A stretch of 57,552 bases of DNA, counting the filler, from Sphacelaria rigidula (Eukaryota), in NCBI GenBank assembly GCA_964200075.2. It is 7 parts of 7 records of this genome, joined end to end, with 100 filler letters (N's around TTAATTAATTAA, not from the genome) between each part and the next. Parts side by side here need not be neighbours in the genome. Positions count along the whole stretch, not along the records: positions 1 to 8,136 come from CAXNAA020012163.1; positions 8,237 to 16,372 come from CAXNAA020012164.1; 5 more parts are not named here. One strand, 5' to 3'. Positions 1 to 10,861 of the stretch are shown here, piece after piece. Under the pieces are notes generated by a model. It saw only the letters and a list, made by a program, of their open reading frames with translations, made no database searches and had not been told where the DNA came from. Made by a program: the position numbers and the translations under genes. The first letter of the stretch is position 1, and each line of letters starts with the position of its first letter.

Positions 1-70
1 ATTCACTGATTGACCGCTTTTCACTCTCAATCGTATCATCTACTCTCAATTTCACGAAAACACTGTTCAA
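1..70 (+). repeat. Dispersed repeat end shared with 32945-33005 and 34825-34895
   Basis: TGATTGACCGCTTTTCACTCTCAATCGTATCATCTACTCTCAAT is near-identical at the starts of contigs 1 and 5; diverged third copy at ~34825. Confidence 0.85.
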
Positions 71-174
71 TAGTGCTATACCTATTCCATGGTCATTCAA
101 ACTCACTCGTGTTCATTGAAGCACAATCTTTCAGGATTTCAAAATACATTGCAAGCTTGGAGTTTCACCACATC

Positions 175-410
175 ATGTGACGTGTTCATGACGTGTCATG
201 TAAGGTATAACGTAAGATGTAACGTTACGTGAAACGTTTCATATTACGTGATTTAAACGTTTGGGTAATTTAACTTGCACGTCACGTTACGTTCATCACC
301 TAAAAAAACTTCAACGTTCACATTACGTTTCGGCCAAAACGTAACGTGAACCTCACGTGTAACGCTGTGGCACGTGTAACGCTGTGGCACGTGTAACGTG
401 TAGACCCCTG
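175..410 (-). mobile_element. ACGT-rich end of a putative non-autonomous DNA transposon (CAGGGG terminus)
   Basis: Dense ACGT/AACGT motifs, 17-bp tandem CACGTGTAACGCTGTGG, abrupt end at GTAGACCCCTG; partner TIR not found. Confidence 0.45.
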
Positions 411-1980
411 CGAATAACTAATCTCTCTTTCATAGTTTCTCGTACGACGTATATAGGTATCAAGTACTTGTTGTTCCCGGACCCCTGTTTACTGGCACCA
501 ACGGCTGCTATCGGACGAACTGCTATTCCAAAGAGCCAGTTTTCCTGTAAATACTCTGGAGTAGTAGTCACTGGAAATGGTCATGGAAATGGAAATGTGA
601 CAGTGTGTCTGGGAGGTTGATATCTGAGCATGCAGGTCTTGGAGTGACAGCTTTTGTAGAACGATGGGAGAGATACACGTACTTTTTTTCGCGCTCGACC
701 GTCACTGCTGATATGATTGATTGCCGTACATAGACTATTATTCACTGTTACTGTTATTATGAGTATTTGTATTTTTTTATGGTGATGATGAAGATATGAC
801 CAGGAGTGGTGGCGCATATGTCAAGTGTTGTGTAACAAGCACCCGCCCCCTCCCCCCCCCGCGCCAATTTTGCTCGAGCTCAGATTTGGGGGGGCGTGGG
901 GGTTAGTATTTTAAATCCAAGTTAGTAAGTAGTTCAGCTCCAAGACGTGGTTGAAACTGAAACTGGAGTTGGCTCACGTGTTCAAAGCATGTTGCTGGAA
1001 GCCGGAGCAAGAGTGTTCTCTATTTCCAAGAGATCCATATGAGGCGAGTTGGCTGCGGGTCAGAGACATGAAGCTGGTGTGGTACTCGGAGAGACAATGA
1101 GGCGCCTAGGTGTTGGAGTTGCCTGGGACCACGTCACACCCTATAAAAAGGAGTGTCGGCAAAGATCAGTTCACGCAACGAGTAATCTACTTTTGTATAC
1201 GTGGGATCCTTGCTACATCTACAGTAGTGGGCGGTCTAAGTATTCATTTTGTGGCATTTTGTGATTTTTTCGTAATAGGCGATTTTCGTGGGCTCTTTCC
1301 GCTTGCCACCGCCTATCACATTGGGGATCTGAAGATACTTGTATCCGCTTCACATCCCAAGAAGAAAAAATCATTTTCACTCAATATTGAGTAACTCACG
1401 GGCTGACCGGTCATCGGTGGTCCCGCCACGTTTCAGCCCAGATTCTTACTCTGCCGTATTCTCGGTCGATCGAGCCTGTCCCGATCATATTTTTGAAGAA
1501 ATGTACAGTTTTATTTTTTTGAAATTCTACCTACTCACGGCACTAGAGCCGAAAAACTGTGTTTCACGGTCAAAAACACTCTCGTGATAAACGGGGCATT
1601 TACTCGTATTGCCCGATGACACCCACTGATACTGACGTGGGCACTGTGTTCCGAGGATGATCTGTTGATTGTACCAAAATTTACCGACGCTAACAATTTC
1701 GAGTCCTATCGAAGAGTAGTACGCGATAAAATCCCCAAAACATCCCTGAATAGTTAGACTGCCCCCTACTGTAATTCAGCTCCTTGCAGAGGCCTTCATA
1801 TTGGTGACATTATATTATCACTTCTCTAACAATACGGGTCTTGGCACCCCTGAGCGATGACTCCAATATGTGAGATGACCCTGATACCTGTGCGGGAATC
1901 AAAATGAATCGGTTGGTTCTGCTAGTCAACCCACACCCTTGCGCAATGACTCCGATATATGCGCTACTGAACAGAACGGC

Positions 1981-2122
1981 CGCACACTGGACAACAGATT
2001 ATTCACATCGTCTAAAAAGTGTACAGCGTACAGTATCGGCTATTGCGTGTATTGCAGTATACGAAATATTCTATATTTTACGCACTACAATTTTTGGCTG
2101 AGGAATTCATGTCCAGGGTGTG
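1981..2122. mobile_element. ~140-bp MITE, CACACCCTGGACA TIR family (diverged copy)
   Basis: CACACTGGACA...TGTCCAGGGTGTG; homologous to 34896-35031 and 52285-52422. Confidence 0.75.
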
Positions 2123-3299
2123 AATGACAACGATAGCGGCGATACAGAGTGATTTCACCGATTCAACACAAATGTTGCTTGACATTTTTTCGTGAGTGGA
2201 GCGCCACGGTGTCCACAAACCCTGCAGTGGAGCCCACGTTGGAGAACTGCGATATAGCAGCACTCCCACCATTTTTCCCTAGCAGGTGTCCTGGACACAC
2301 TCGCTGTACTAAAACTCACGGGCGAATGTGGGCTCTCCCGGGTTCATCTCACCCCTGTGCGATGCCCCCGATACCGGAGCAATAATGAAATGATCCCTTT
2401 CGGCACTGGCGATGGAAATATGTGGATTTCGAGGTACTGTTTTTCGAACGACATATGGCGGAGCTTTTTTAGTTTTCGCGCGAAAGTATTTGCTCGAGGC
2501 GTGTTTCTCAGACCCGTACAGAAGTGTGCCCCAGTACAGCACGGGACTCATTATATTGAAGATAGAGAGGTAGTGCCGACTTTTGTTTGTATGGAGTTCA
2601 GGCACGAAAGTGCTGATTTTGACAGTGTGCACAAACTTGAAACCACTTGACCCGTTGGTTCTCTCACTGGACAAAATTAATCCGACCGCACCGGGGTGAT
2701 ATTTTTGTTGCGCGCCTGACGTATGCTGGTGGATTCTTGTGTGGCCTTCCGCCGTGGAAATGGTTGCCGTCGGTTCTCTGTTCCCATTTTTTCTTTTTTG
2801 TAAGGGCTCGAAATAAAAAAGCGCCTAGCCCGAAAACGGAAGGGGAGGGTTCCCAAGGGGCCAAAACATTGGGTTCTAGCCTTCCGTACGGCACACCTGT
2901 GCTCTGACCCCGACATGTGCGTAGACCCCGTTATGCTGGGAGACGCGCTTTGTTTCTGTACGGCCGATATGCCACATGGCTTCCAGTTCCGAGAAAACTG
3001 CATCCATTCAGGGTGGGTGGGTCCGTGGGGGGGGGGGGGAAGGGGGAGATCCATCCCATACATACCGTTTATTGGTATTATATACTATCTAACAAATGAG
3101 GTACAGATATCCGCGGACCCTGAGCCAGCTTTTTTTATCCGAGTACGTTTGCGCACAGCAGCACGTGTGATGGGACCACGGTACTACACCGACCGCTCCA
3201 CCGCCGCGAACTGCGAGCCTGCCTCCCGACGCGCCCACACGTGACCGTAGCACTGCGTACTTCATTTGAAATGTCCCGCCTGTCCTCGTACCGTACTGA

Positions 3300-3605
3300 C
3301 CATTCAGTAATATGTGTGCTCGATGTCTCCGCTGGATATAACCGCACGACATGGTCAGCGTGCCGTTTCTCTCCACTGAACACAATTCATTGCATGCTGC
3401 TGATCTCTCTGCTTAGTGTTCTGCAACAACGCTGCTGACAGTGTGAAGCTGTGCTGACAACACGAGCAGAGTGAAAAGCACGTTATGTGTGCCCATGTAA
3501 TCTATAGTTGAATTGCCGCAACCAAAATGAGAAATACGGGTAGACAGCGAAGTAGTCCACCTGTGGGGGAACACAGAGGTTATCTTGACAGCCGTGATTA
3601 GTCAG
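3300..3605 (+). repeat. Dispersed repeat homologous to 57195-57545
   Basis: Colinear blocks TATGTGTGCTC, GTCAGCGTGCCGT, TGCATGCTGCTGAT, CACGAGCAGAGT, CCAAAATGAGAAA, CGAAGTAGTC. Confidence 0.85.
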
Positions 3606-4759
3606 CATGGCCATTCCGCGCCTGTCAGGCCTCGTTCCTAGCTTGGAATCTTCCGTGCGAAACTTTCAAACACACATGGTTGCCTTTGTGAGCTCTGCGG
3701 CTGCTCTGCGGACAGACCCCCCCCGCCGACCCCTGGAAACTCCTGAATGTCTCTGGACTGTCAGCCTGTGCAACTTTTCAAGGCGACGCTTGCTGTCTCA
3801 GAGGTTTATGGACGAATAGTTGTCTGCAGTAAAGATCCCAAATCTTCGTGGTACAACTCGCTTCCATTGTACCTGTGCTCCTGCACTCAAAAGCGTCGAT
3901 ATCCTCGCAAGTCTCATTCAGTACTGAGTACCTTTTACGCGTCTGGCAGCTCATGAGCTACCTAGTAAACTAGGGCTGTGAAGTGGGCCAGTTAATACTG
4001 TCGGTAAAACTGGACTGGAGTTAAACTGAAACTGGCTACAAGGGGGCCAGTTGTCCAATTTATTTCAGGCTTGCCGTCACCGGCGATTATTATTCAATAT
4101 TTACTATAGTGAGTTTACAACCAAGATGGTCACTGCTACAGTAGTACCACTGTAGAGCAACTGTTTTCATGCGCATGTAATGTAGTGACGGAGACTCGCA
4201 GCTCACTGAGCCCCGAGCACGTTGAACTGTTGGTTTTCCTGCGTTGCACGTGATAATTATTTAAGTTTTTTGTTTGTCGCACTTTCCCTAGTCTCGCGGG
4301 GATCCAACCGTGGTCACTTGATTGGACGTACCCGAGACAGAGCAAAACTTCAAATTTCAGAGTAATATAGGAAATTGAGAAGGAGGGCGCTTCGAAGATG
4401 TCGAGGGGAATTATTCGCAGCAGTGACGCGTGAAGCAGCTGTACACAGCTTCAAACTCCGCCTTCCGTGTTTCGGTCGATTTGCGCAGCATCGGTCTGGC
4501 GTTGTGTGGTGGTACAATGATACATACATAGCGGGATTGCCTTGGGGCAGCCACTGGCTGACCACCTCAGGTGTTTTCTGCTTGTGTCCATCCCGTCTAT
4601 CTACGTCGGTACCTCGTGGTTCTGCAATTTTCCGTCTTCCAACCATGGCGTGTAGGTCGACGGCTGTTGAGTCGAATGAGAAGAAATGATTTCATTGTGA
4701 GTTAGTTGTACACGGTGGGACGCTTGATGCGGAACGGCTGCTGAATGCCAAACCCCAGT

Positions 4760-5744
4760 GTGCCAATTGCCATTTGCCTGAAGAGCGTACTGAACATGAT
4801 GCAGCACACCCTGACCACACCTCGGAGTGATGAAGCGGAAACATTCCAAGTTTTGTCGTTTCGCACGCATGGCCAATCGGCTCCCGTCCAGCGTTATCAT
4901 TTTTCAACCCTCAAGATTATGTCGTAATACCCTACTCTGATCGCTGCTGCTTACGCAACAGTATTTGCAGTCCTCTGCAATCCTCTGGACGGCGGCTTGA
5001 TTCCCTCCAGAGGAATGTGTGCCCTCTGGAGGTTCCGGTTCCGCATATCGCATATTCTCGTGGAAACTTGACCCTCTAAACGGCAGGCATTTTATCTGCC
5101 TGTACAGCTAGATTCACAGAACCGGCGTGTCCGATAGAACCAGTTCCACAGCGTGAGCAGACCCACCGGTCAAACAAACGTTTGAGTTCACCCGCGCACA
5201 AGAGAGACGATGCATCATAACGCGCGCGCAGCACACGGCACGACCTGCACACGCACATATCATCCTCAGACAGAACAGTACCCCAATATGTTGTAATGAC
5301 TGCAGCATGTGTTGTACTCGAAGCCCTGAACAAAACAAACCTTGCCGTCCACATAAATGTTGACGGTGGTGTCACCATGGAATGGGTGCTCAGGGGTGCT
5401 GTCGTTCCCCGCTGTCATGCTTTCGCCAACCGCGCCAGTCACCCCTCTCACACACCCACAAATATGTTGAGGTATGTACTTGTATCTCCTCGAAAAATGT
5501 TGACGGTGGTGTCACCACAGGACAAAGACGGTTTTTTCTTCACATCCGGACCAAAAAATATGCACAAAGTTGAAGGGTGAGGCATGGGTTTTTTTGTATG
5601 TTGAGATTGCGGGTTTCCCTTTGTTATTTCAGATGTCGTGCAATGACACAATAAACCTTGGCATGCATGCATCCACTATTTCATGTCGAGGTGTGGTGAG
5701 CATGTGCTGTATCATGCCCGGAACGCTTTTTGCCATGCACTTGG
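4760..5744. repeat. Old ~110-bp inverted repeat pair (4760-4870 / 5635-5744), probable degraded TIR element
   Basis: CATGATGCAGCACACCCTGACCACACCTCG matches the reverse complement CATGATACAGCACATGCTCACCACACCTCG; internal direct repeat AAATGTTGACGGTGGTGTCACCA at ~5356 and ~5496. Confidence 0.55.
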
Positions 5745-5763
5745 GACACTTTCTACGATAGCC

Positions 5764-5804
<41 letters not shown>

Positions 5805-5810
5805 CGCCCC
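5745..5810. mobile_element. One end of a GACAC-TIR MITE (remainder lost in poly-C and gap)
   Basis: GACACTTTCTACGATAGCC identical to the TIR at 8763 and 18789. Confidence 0.7.
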
Positions 5811-7142
5811 TCGCCCCTAAGAGAAGAAAAAAAAACACATACCNNNNNNNNNNTTGCGTGGTGGGGGGGGCTTGTCGTGTTTCTTCCCCGCACCCCTTTT
5901 TTCCCGCCCCTTGGGCACCTTTTTCCATGACCCCCCCCCCCCCCCCCCCCGACCTCCTTTGACCCTGTGTTGGTGGAATAATAAAAAATAAGTCTTCGAG
6001 CGACCTACCCAATCACAGCGTGGCAAAATTTATCGACCAGACCCGAACGACCAGTGCGGGGATTGTTGTCGGATGTGACGCCACTGCAAAGATTGTGTGG
6101 GGCCCTATCCCTGGCCCAGATAAGCCTTCCCGGGTTTCCAAGTGCAGGGCGGTCGCAGCTTGGTTTCATGATATTACTTGCACTCAGTATATCATTCCCG
6201 AGTTTTTCCGGAGCGTTTTTTGGGTCCCAGATCTATACTGAAACGCAGTTATATACGCCAACACAGGGTGGGCCGGAAAAACCCGGGAAGGAGTGTACAT
6301 GCTACCATTTGGTCATTTTCACCACGCTCTAAAACCAGGTGGGCTGTGGAAAGACAAAATGATCTACTGTCATGAGTTCTGCTTATCCCTCTGGCGATGA
6401 CTTGCAGGGTGCAGTGAACAACTTCGTAGTGGATGGGGATCAAGCAGCTGTATATAGGCACTTGATCACGGTAGCCGAAAACTGCCCAAAACGTTCAAGG
6501 GTGTATGCAGCTGCAGCTGCTGCTTCAGTCGGAGAGGGGTACTACACCGTACTGTATACTATACTGTTGTATGCATGAGCGCTGCAACGTTGATTCCCTT
6601 CGAAGAGAATTTGCCGCATGCAACAAAGGGGGAAATGGCGGCCCACCCCGACTACAAAGGGCTGTGTGGATAGGTGATCGGGACCATAGTATCATCCAAA
6701 GCCACAAGCGGCGGGCGGCCCGCCGGTCGCCGCATCCTGTTGAAGGCTAGCTCTTTACCACGGCACATACTGCTTGCTACATCAGATGTACACCACCAAA
6801 TGCGCACCCTGCACCTGAAAGTAGTTCGGATGAAACTTTCGATCTTCGTCATAACCCTGCGGTTACACACGCGGATTTTCAGCAACACGCCACTGTTTTT
6901 CGCAGACGCCAGACACGTCATTCCTGACCAGCCTACTTGGTCGTTCTGGAGGCCCGGGCCCAAAAAGGGTTAATGGGCTTACACAAAACGACAGATATGC
7001 GCACTTTTTGGTATCAATCTTTGATATAAGTGGAGATTCCGGTTCTCTCAATGTTTGCTGTGACTTCAACCTTTTCTCATTCGTTCGTTCGTTTTTTGTT
7101 TATTTGATTTTCATTTTTTTGTTTCCATTTTATCTTCCGCAG

Positions 7143-7292
7143 AAACAAGGAGATGAGCCTGGCGGGGTCGGGCGGGTAGAAATAGACCACGTGAAGGAGG
7201 AGGAAAGACGCATCGTTCTCAAGGCCAATCACGGGGAGGCGTTTTCGATTCAGTACCAGACCGACTACCCGACCTCTGCAGACGAATACCTG
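7143..7292 (+). CDS. Putative internal exon of an unidentified host gene (KQGDEPGGVGRVEIDHV...FSIQYQTDYPTSADEYL)
   Basis: Long polypyrimidine tract + CAG acceptor, GTACGT donor, 150 bp phase 0-0, protein-like composition. Confidence 0.5.
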
Positions 7293-7452
7293 GTACGTAT
7301 GGATTTTCTCATGTTTGTGCGGATGCTCACTTACGTGTGGATATTTGAAGGGTTGACAAATCATCGCTGGCTCGAGCCACCACAGTTACGCTTCGCGAGG
7401 CCTTATTGCTCCAGAGAAAACCCAAAGTCGACCGCAGGCCAAGCAGCCTTTA

Positions 7453-8136
7453 CCGGCTGGGCCGCCCAAGACGTGGACAGGGATGTGAACACGCGAATAT
7501 GCAGCACAATTTTGGGTCGTTTTCTACGAACTTCTGACACCATGTACAAGGCGTATGTGCCAAGACCCCCTCATGTGCCCCCTAACTTTTATTTTTTTTT
7601 CGTGAGTTTTTCACGTTCCGAAAAACTGTTCTGAAATGTTTAGTCTCCAATACTTCATCGAGAAAAAAAGATATAGGGGGCAGATGATGGAGTCTTCGTA
7701 CATACGTCCTGAACATCGTGTCGAAATTTCATGGAAGATGACCCAAAATTGAGCTGCATAATCGCGTGTTAGCGTCGAAGACCGGCTCCTACGTGGAGAT
7801 GGACCAACGACGAAAAAATGAAACGCGAGTATGATGTTTAATTTCAAGTTTCTTTTCGCGATAGTTTGAAACGATATGCATGAGGTATGTTGTGAAGACC
7901 CTATTGTCGCCTCTTGATTTATTTATTTTCAAGAAGGAGTTGTCTACGATTTTGTACCATGAAAATTGTTCCGATTTTTTTCCCACCAATAACTCATGAG
8001 GGAAAAAGAGGGGGAAAAATGAAGAGGAAACGATAGGGGCTTCGCACATACCGTATTTGTGCGAGTCATCGCACACCCCCTGGACCGAATTTCAAAGCTC
8101 GATTACTCCACAACAAGAAAAGCATCAGTTCAGACA
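7453..8136. mobile_element. Tc1/mariner-type non-autonomous element (CAGGCTGGGCCGCCCAAGA TIR), truncated by contig end
   Basis: TA then CCGGCTGGGCCGCCCAAGACGTGGAC; interior matches the reverse complement of ~9300-9930. Confidence 0.7.
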
Positions 8137-8236
8137 NNNNNNNNNNNNNNNNNNNNNNNNNNNNNNNNNNNNNNNNNNNNTTAATTAATTAANNNNNNNN
8201 NNNNNNNNNNNNNNNNNNNNNNNNNNNNNNNNNNNN
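8137..8236. other. Artificial contig linker (N44-TTAATTAATTAA-N44)
   Basis: 100-bp spacer with stops in all six frames; recurs every 8236 bp. Confidence 0.97.
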
Positions 8237-8762
8237 CGTCATTGGGCACCATCGCTGAAAGTGTGGAGAAAGTACTGTTTTGGGCTCGAACCTCATTTTA
8301 TAGAATCCTCTGTTCATTGATGCAAAGCAGTTCGTGAGGCTACAGGTTTTGATATTCCAGCGCCACGTTCCACCAGATTCTCGTCGAGGCGCAGTCTTGA
8401 TACTTGCGTCGACCGTGTGCTTGAGTGACAATTTTCCAGAAGCTGGCCGCAAGTAGATGGACCGTAGTAGTCGGCCACCCGATGAACCATGGCACCACTG
8501 CTTGACTTGTGATTCGTACTTTACCCCAACGTTGTTTTACTTGTGCAGCACGTACTGCCACGCTTGTCCATCCTACGATAGCATCTGTACCACGAACAAT
8601 AACGCGTACGGCGATTTTGTTCTGTCAGACCACGACTCCAGGGAGTTCCACTTGCCCCAGTATGGGTATGGCGTATTCACACCTCAGGCGCGCTGTGGTT
8701 TTAGCCGCGTACATCATGTCTGTAACACGGGATCATACATATTGGGGATGTATTTTTTTATC

Positions 8763-10117
8763 GACACTTTCTACGATAGCCCCCCCCCCCCCACCAAACC
8801 AGCCCACAAGTGTCCCGAAAAAAATGGCCATATAGGCTGGGCCGCCCAAGAAGCGGACTTTCCTTCAGCCGGTTCCAACTGATGATCTATCACGAGTTGT
8901 CCACTATGACACATCATGGTAATCTGCAAATCAACGCGCGCCTTCCACTTCACGTAGCACTGCGATCTGACAAGTTCCCATCAAACGAAATACCAAGCTG
9001 CAGTCAGCTGCGAAGTGTAGAGAGCTGAGGATGGCATGTGCGGCGGAACTAGGAGGAAAAAACGGCTCAACTCGCATTCACGGTTACAGTCAGTTGTGCC
9101 GCGACCGCAAAGTGATAGTGCTACACTAGTTGTGGTTGTACAACAAGGCATGCCGTACNNNNNNNNNNGATGGCACGCAGACGAGACCTCCAGCGCGCCA
9201 AGGCGTCGCGCTTGTAGAAAACGTCGAAGTTCCGACTGAGGTTATTGCACTCTAAAAGCAAGTGAACCGGTCCTCCGCAGAAAAACGCGATTTCACTGCT
9301 CAATTTGAAGTTGTTTTCCATGAAATTTTGACACGGTACACATGGGGTATCTGTGAAGCCCCTTTCTGTTTGCTCCATCCTTCTTTTTTGTCCTCGTATG
9401 TTATTGGTGATCTAAATTCGAAACCGTTTTTTCTGGTGCAAAAGCGTGGACAACTAATAAAAAAACCAAGAATGTTGAGGGGGGACGATAAGGAATTCAA
9501 AACATACCTCATGCGCATCGTGTCGGAATTTCGTGAAAAAATACCTGAAATTCAACAGCATAACCGTGTTTCATTTTTTCGTGGCTGGTTCATCTCCACA
9601 TAAAAAACAGTCTTGGACACGATTACGCGATTCAATAGCTGCCTTTCAGGTCGTTTTCAATGAAATTTTGACACGATGTACATGATGTATGTGCGAAGTA
9701 GCCACCTTTTCCCCTCTACATTGTTGTTTTTTTACCTGTGAGTTATCGGCGACCAAAAATTTCGGAACATTTATTTTCGGAACAAAATCGCGAATAACTT
9801 CTGGGGGAAAGGTGCCGTCTTGGCACATACATCTTGTACATCGTGTCGAAATTTCATAGAAAACAACCTGAAACTCAGCTGGTAAATCGCGTGTTCACAT
9901 CCCTGTCCGCGTCTTTGGCAGCCCAGCCTGTACAGCGTCTGATGTTTGGGTTCAGGCTGCATGAAGCGTCTCATATTGGCAGCATTAGCGAGAACGAACC
10001 CAAGCATGGGAATTCCCAGCTGCTCGTTGTGCTCGGCTTTTCCCATTTCGATTTAATTGAAGATTTTGTCTTCCAAACCATGCACGTTTTGGGGGGGGGG
10101 CTATAGTAGAAAGTGTC
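8763..10117. mobile_element. GACAC-TIR MITE with 4-bp TSD (TATC), carrying a nested insertion
   Basis: TIR GACACTTTCTAC(G/T)ATAGCCCCCCC at both ends; TATC at 8759-8762 and 10118-10121. Confidence 0.88.
8833..9930. mobile_element. Tc1/mariner-type non-autonomous element with TA TSD
   Basis: YAGGCTGGGC.GCC.AAGA.GCGGAC inverted termini flanked by TA; the empty site (GGCCA-TA-CAGCG) is present in the 18789-19037 MITE. Confidence 0.82.
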
Positions 10118-10478
10118 TATCAAGGATGAGAAATCCGGAGAACTTTTATCTTCGTATCCACATCAGATCTTCGAAATATGGATCCATTTATTATCTACTT
10201 GCTGGTGGCTTTTGACAACTACTACACGCCATACATATTTGGATTTCCTTAACCGACAGGTTACGGTCCAAGGTGAAATACGAGCTGGGCCAGCCAAGAG
10301 TAGGTGTGAATCTTGCTCAGGCGACGCACGACGCGATATTAGGAGTTGGGCAGTTTTACAGTAGCTTGCTATGATCGAAATGCAGATCACGTGAGCAGCA
10401 GAGGGAAAAAAAGGGAAAAAGAAATTTGAAGGCATTTGTGTCGGGACTACCTCTTTGCAGTAACATATCGGAGACTGA

Positions 10479-10798
10479 TGTCACACGTGTATAAAGAGCC
10501 AGAGCAAGCAGGTACAAGTGGGAACGGTCCGAATGAACCAGATTCCCGAGGACTCTGTAATGCCAACGAAACTAGACAACTCGGGGTGATGCCAGGAAGA
10601 GACTAATATTCAGAACGGTCCAACACCCCCGAGGAACTGGTCGCCTCCAGTGATCACTCTGTGTCTGACCCAACTTCTTGCCTACATCTCACAAGCGGAA
10701 ATCATCGTCAGCTTCGGAGTTCCTTCGGCATCAGGACGACATCTCTTGGGACAGCCGCTTCCTTAGTCTGTCCCCCCTTTGGATACGTCCTCCTTACA
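10479..10798 (+). repeat. Putative 5' LTR (TG...CA, 320 bp)
   Basis: Begins TGTCAC, ends CTTACA, followed 1 nt later by a TGG-initiated PBS-like sequence and the gag ATG; second LTR not in the contig. Confidence 0.55.
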
Positions 10799-10799
10799 T

Positions 10800-10817
10800 T
10801 GGCGATATCAGAATAGA
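10800..10817 (+). promoter_or_regulatory. Putative primer-binding site TGGCGATATCAG
   Basis: TGG immediately after the LTR-terminal CA; cognate tRNA not identified. Confidence 0.5.
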
Positions 10818-10861
10818 ACTCAAGTAGACATCTAGCAGTAGGGCACACGTCTTTCACCGCC

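Larger units (their letters stand above)
8722..10290. mobile_element. Partial CAACACGGGATCTTACA foldback MITE split by later insertions
   Basis: 8722-8762 plus 10122-10290 rejoin to the left arm seen at 19458 and 34292. Confidence 0.75.

Noticed and set aside
5745-8136. Autonomous GACAC transposon encoding ORF 7008-7634
   Set aside because: The similarity at 7453-8136 belongs to a separate TA-TSD element, and the ORF is intron plus exon plus repeat read-through with no DDE motif.
8181-8192. TTAATTAATTAA repeated at exact 8236-bp periodicity
   Set aside because: Assembly linker embedded in Ns, not a biological repeat.
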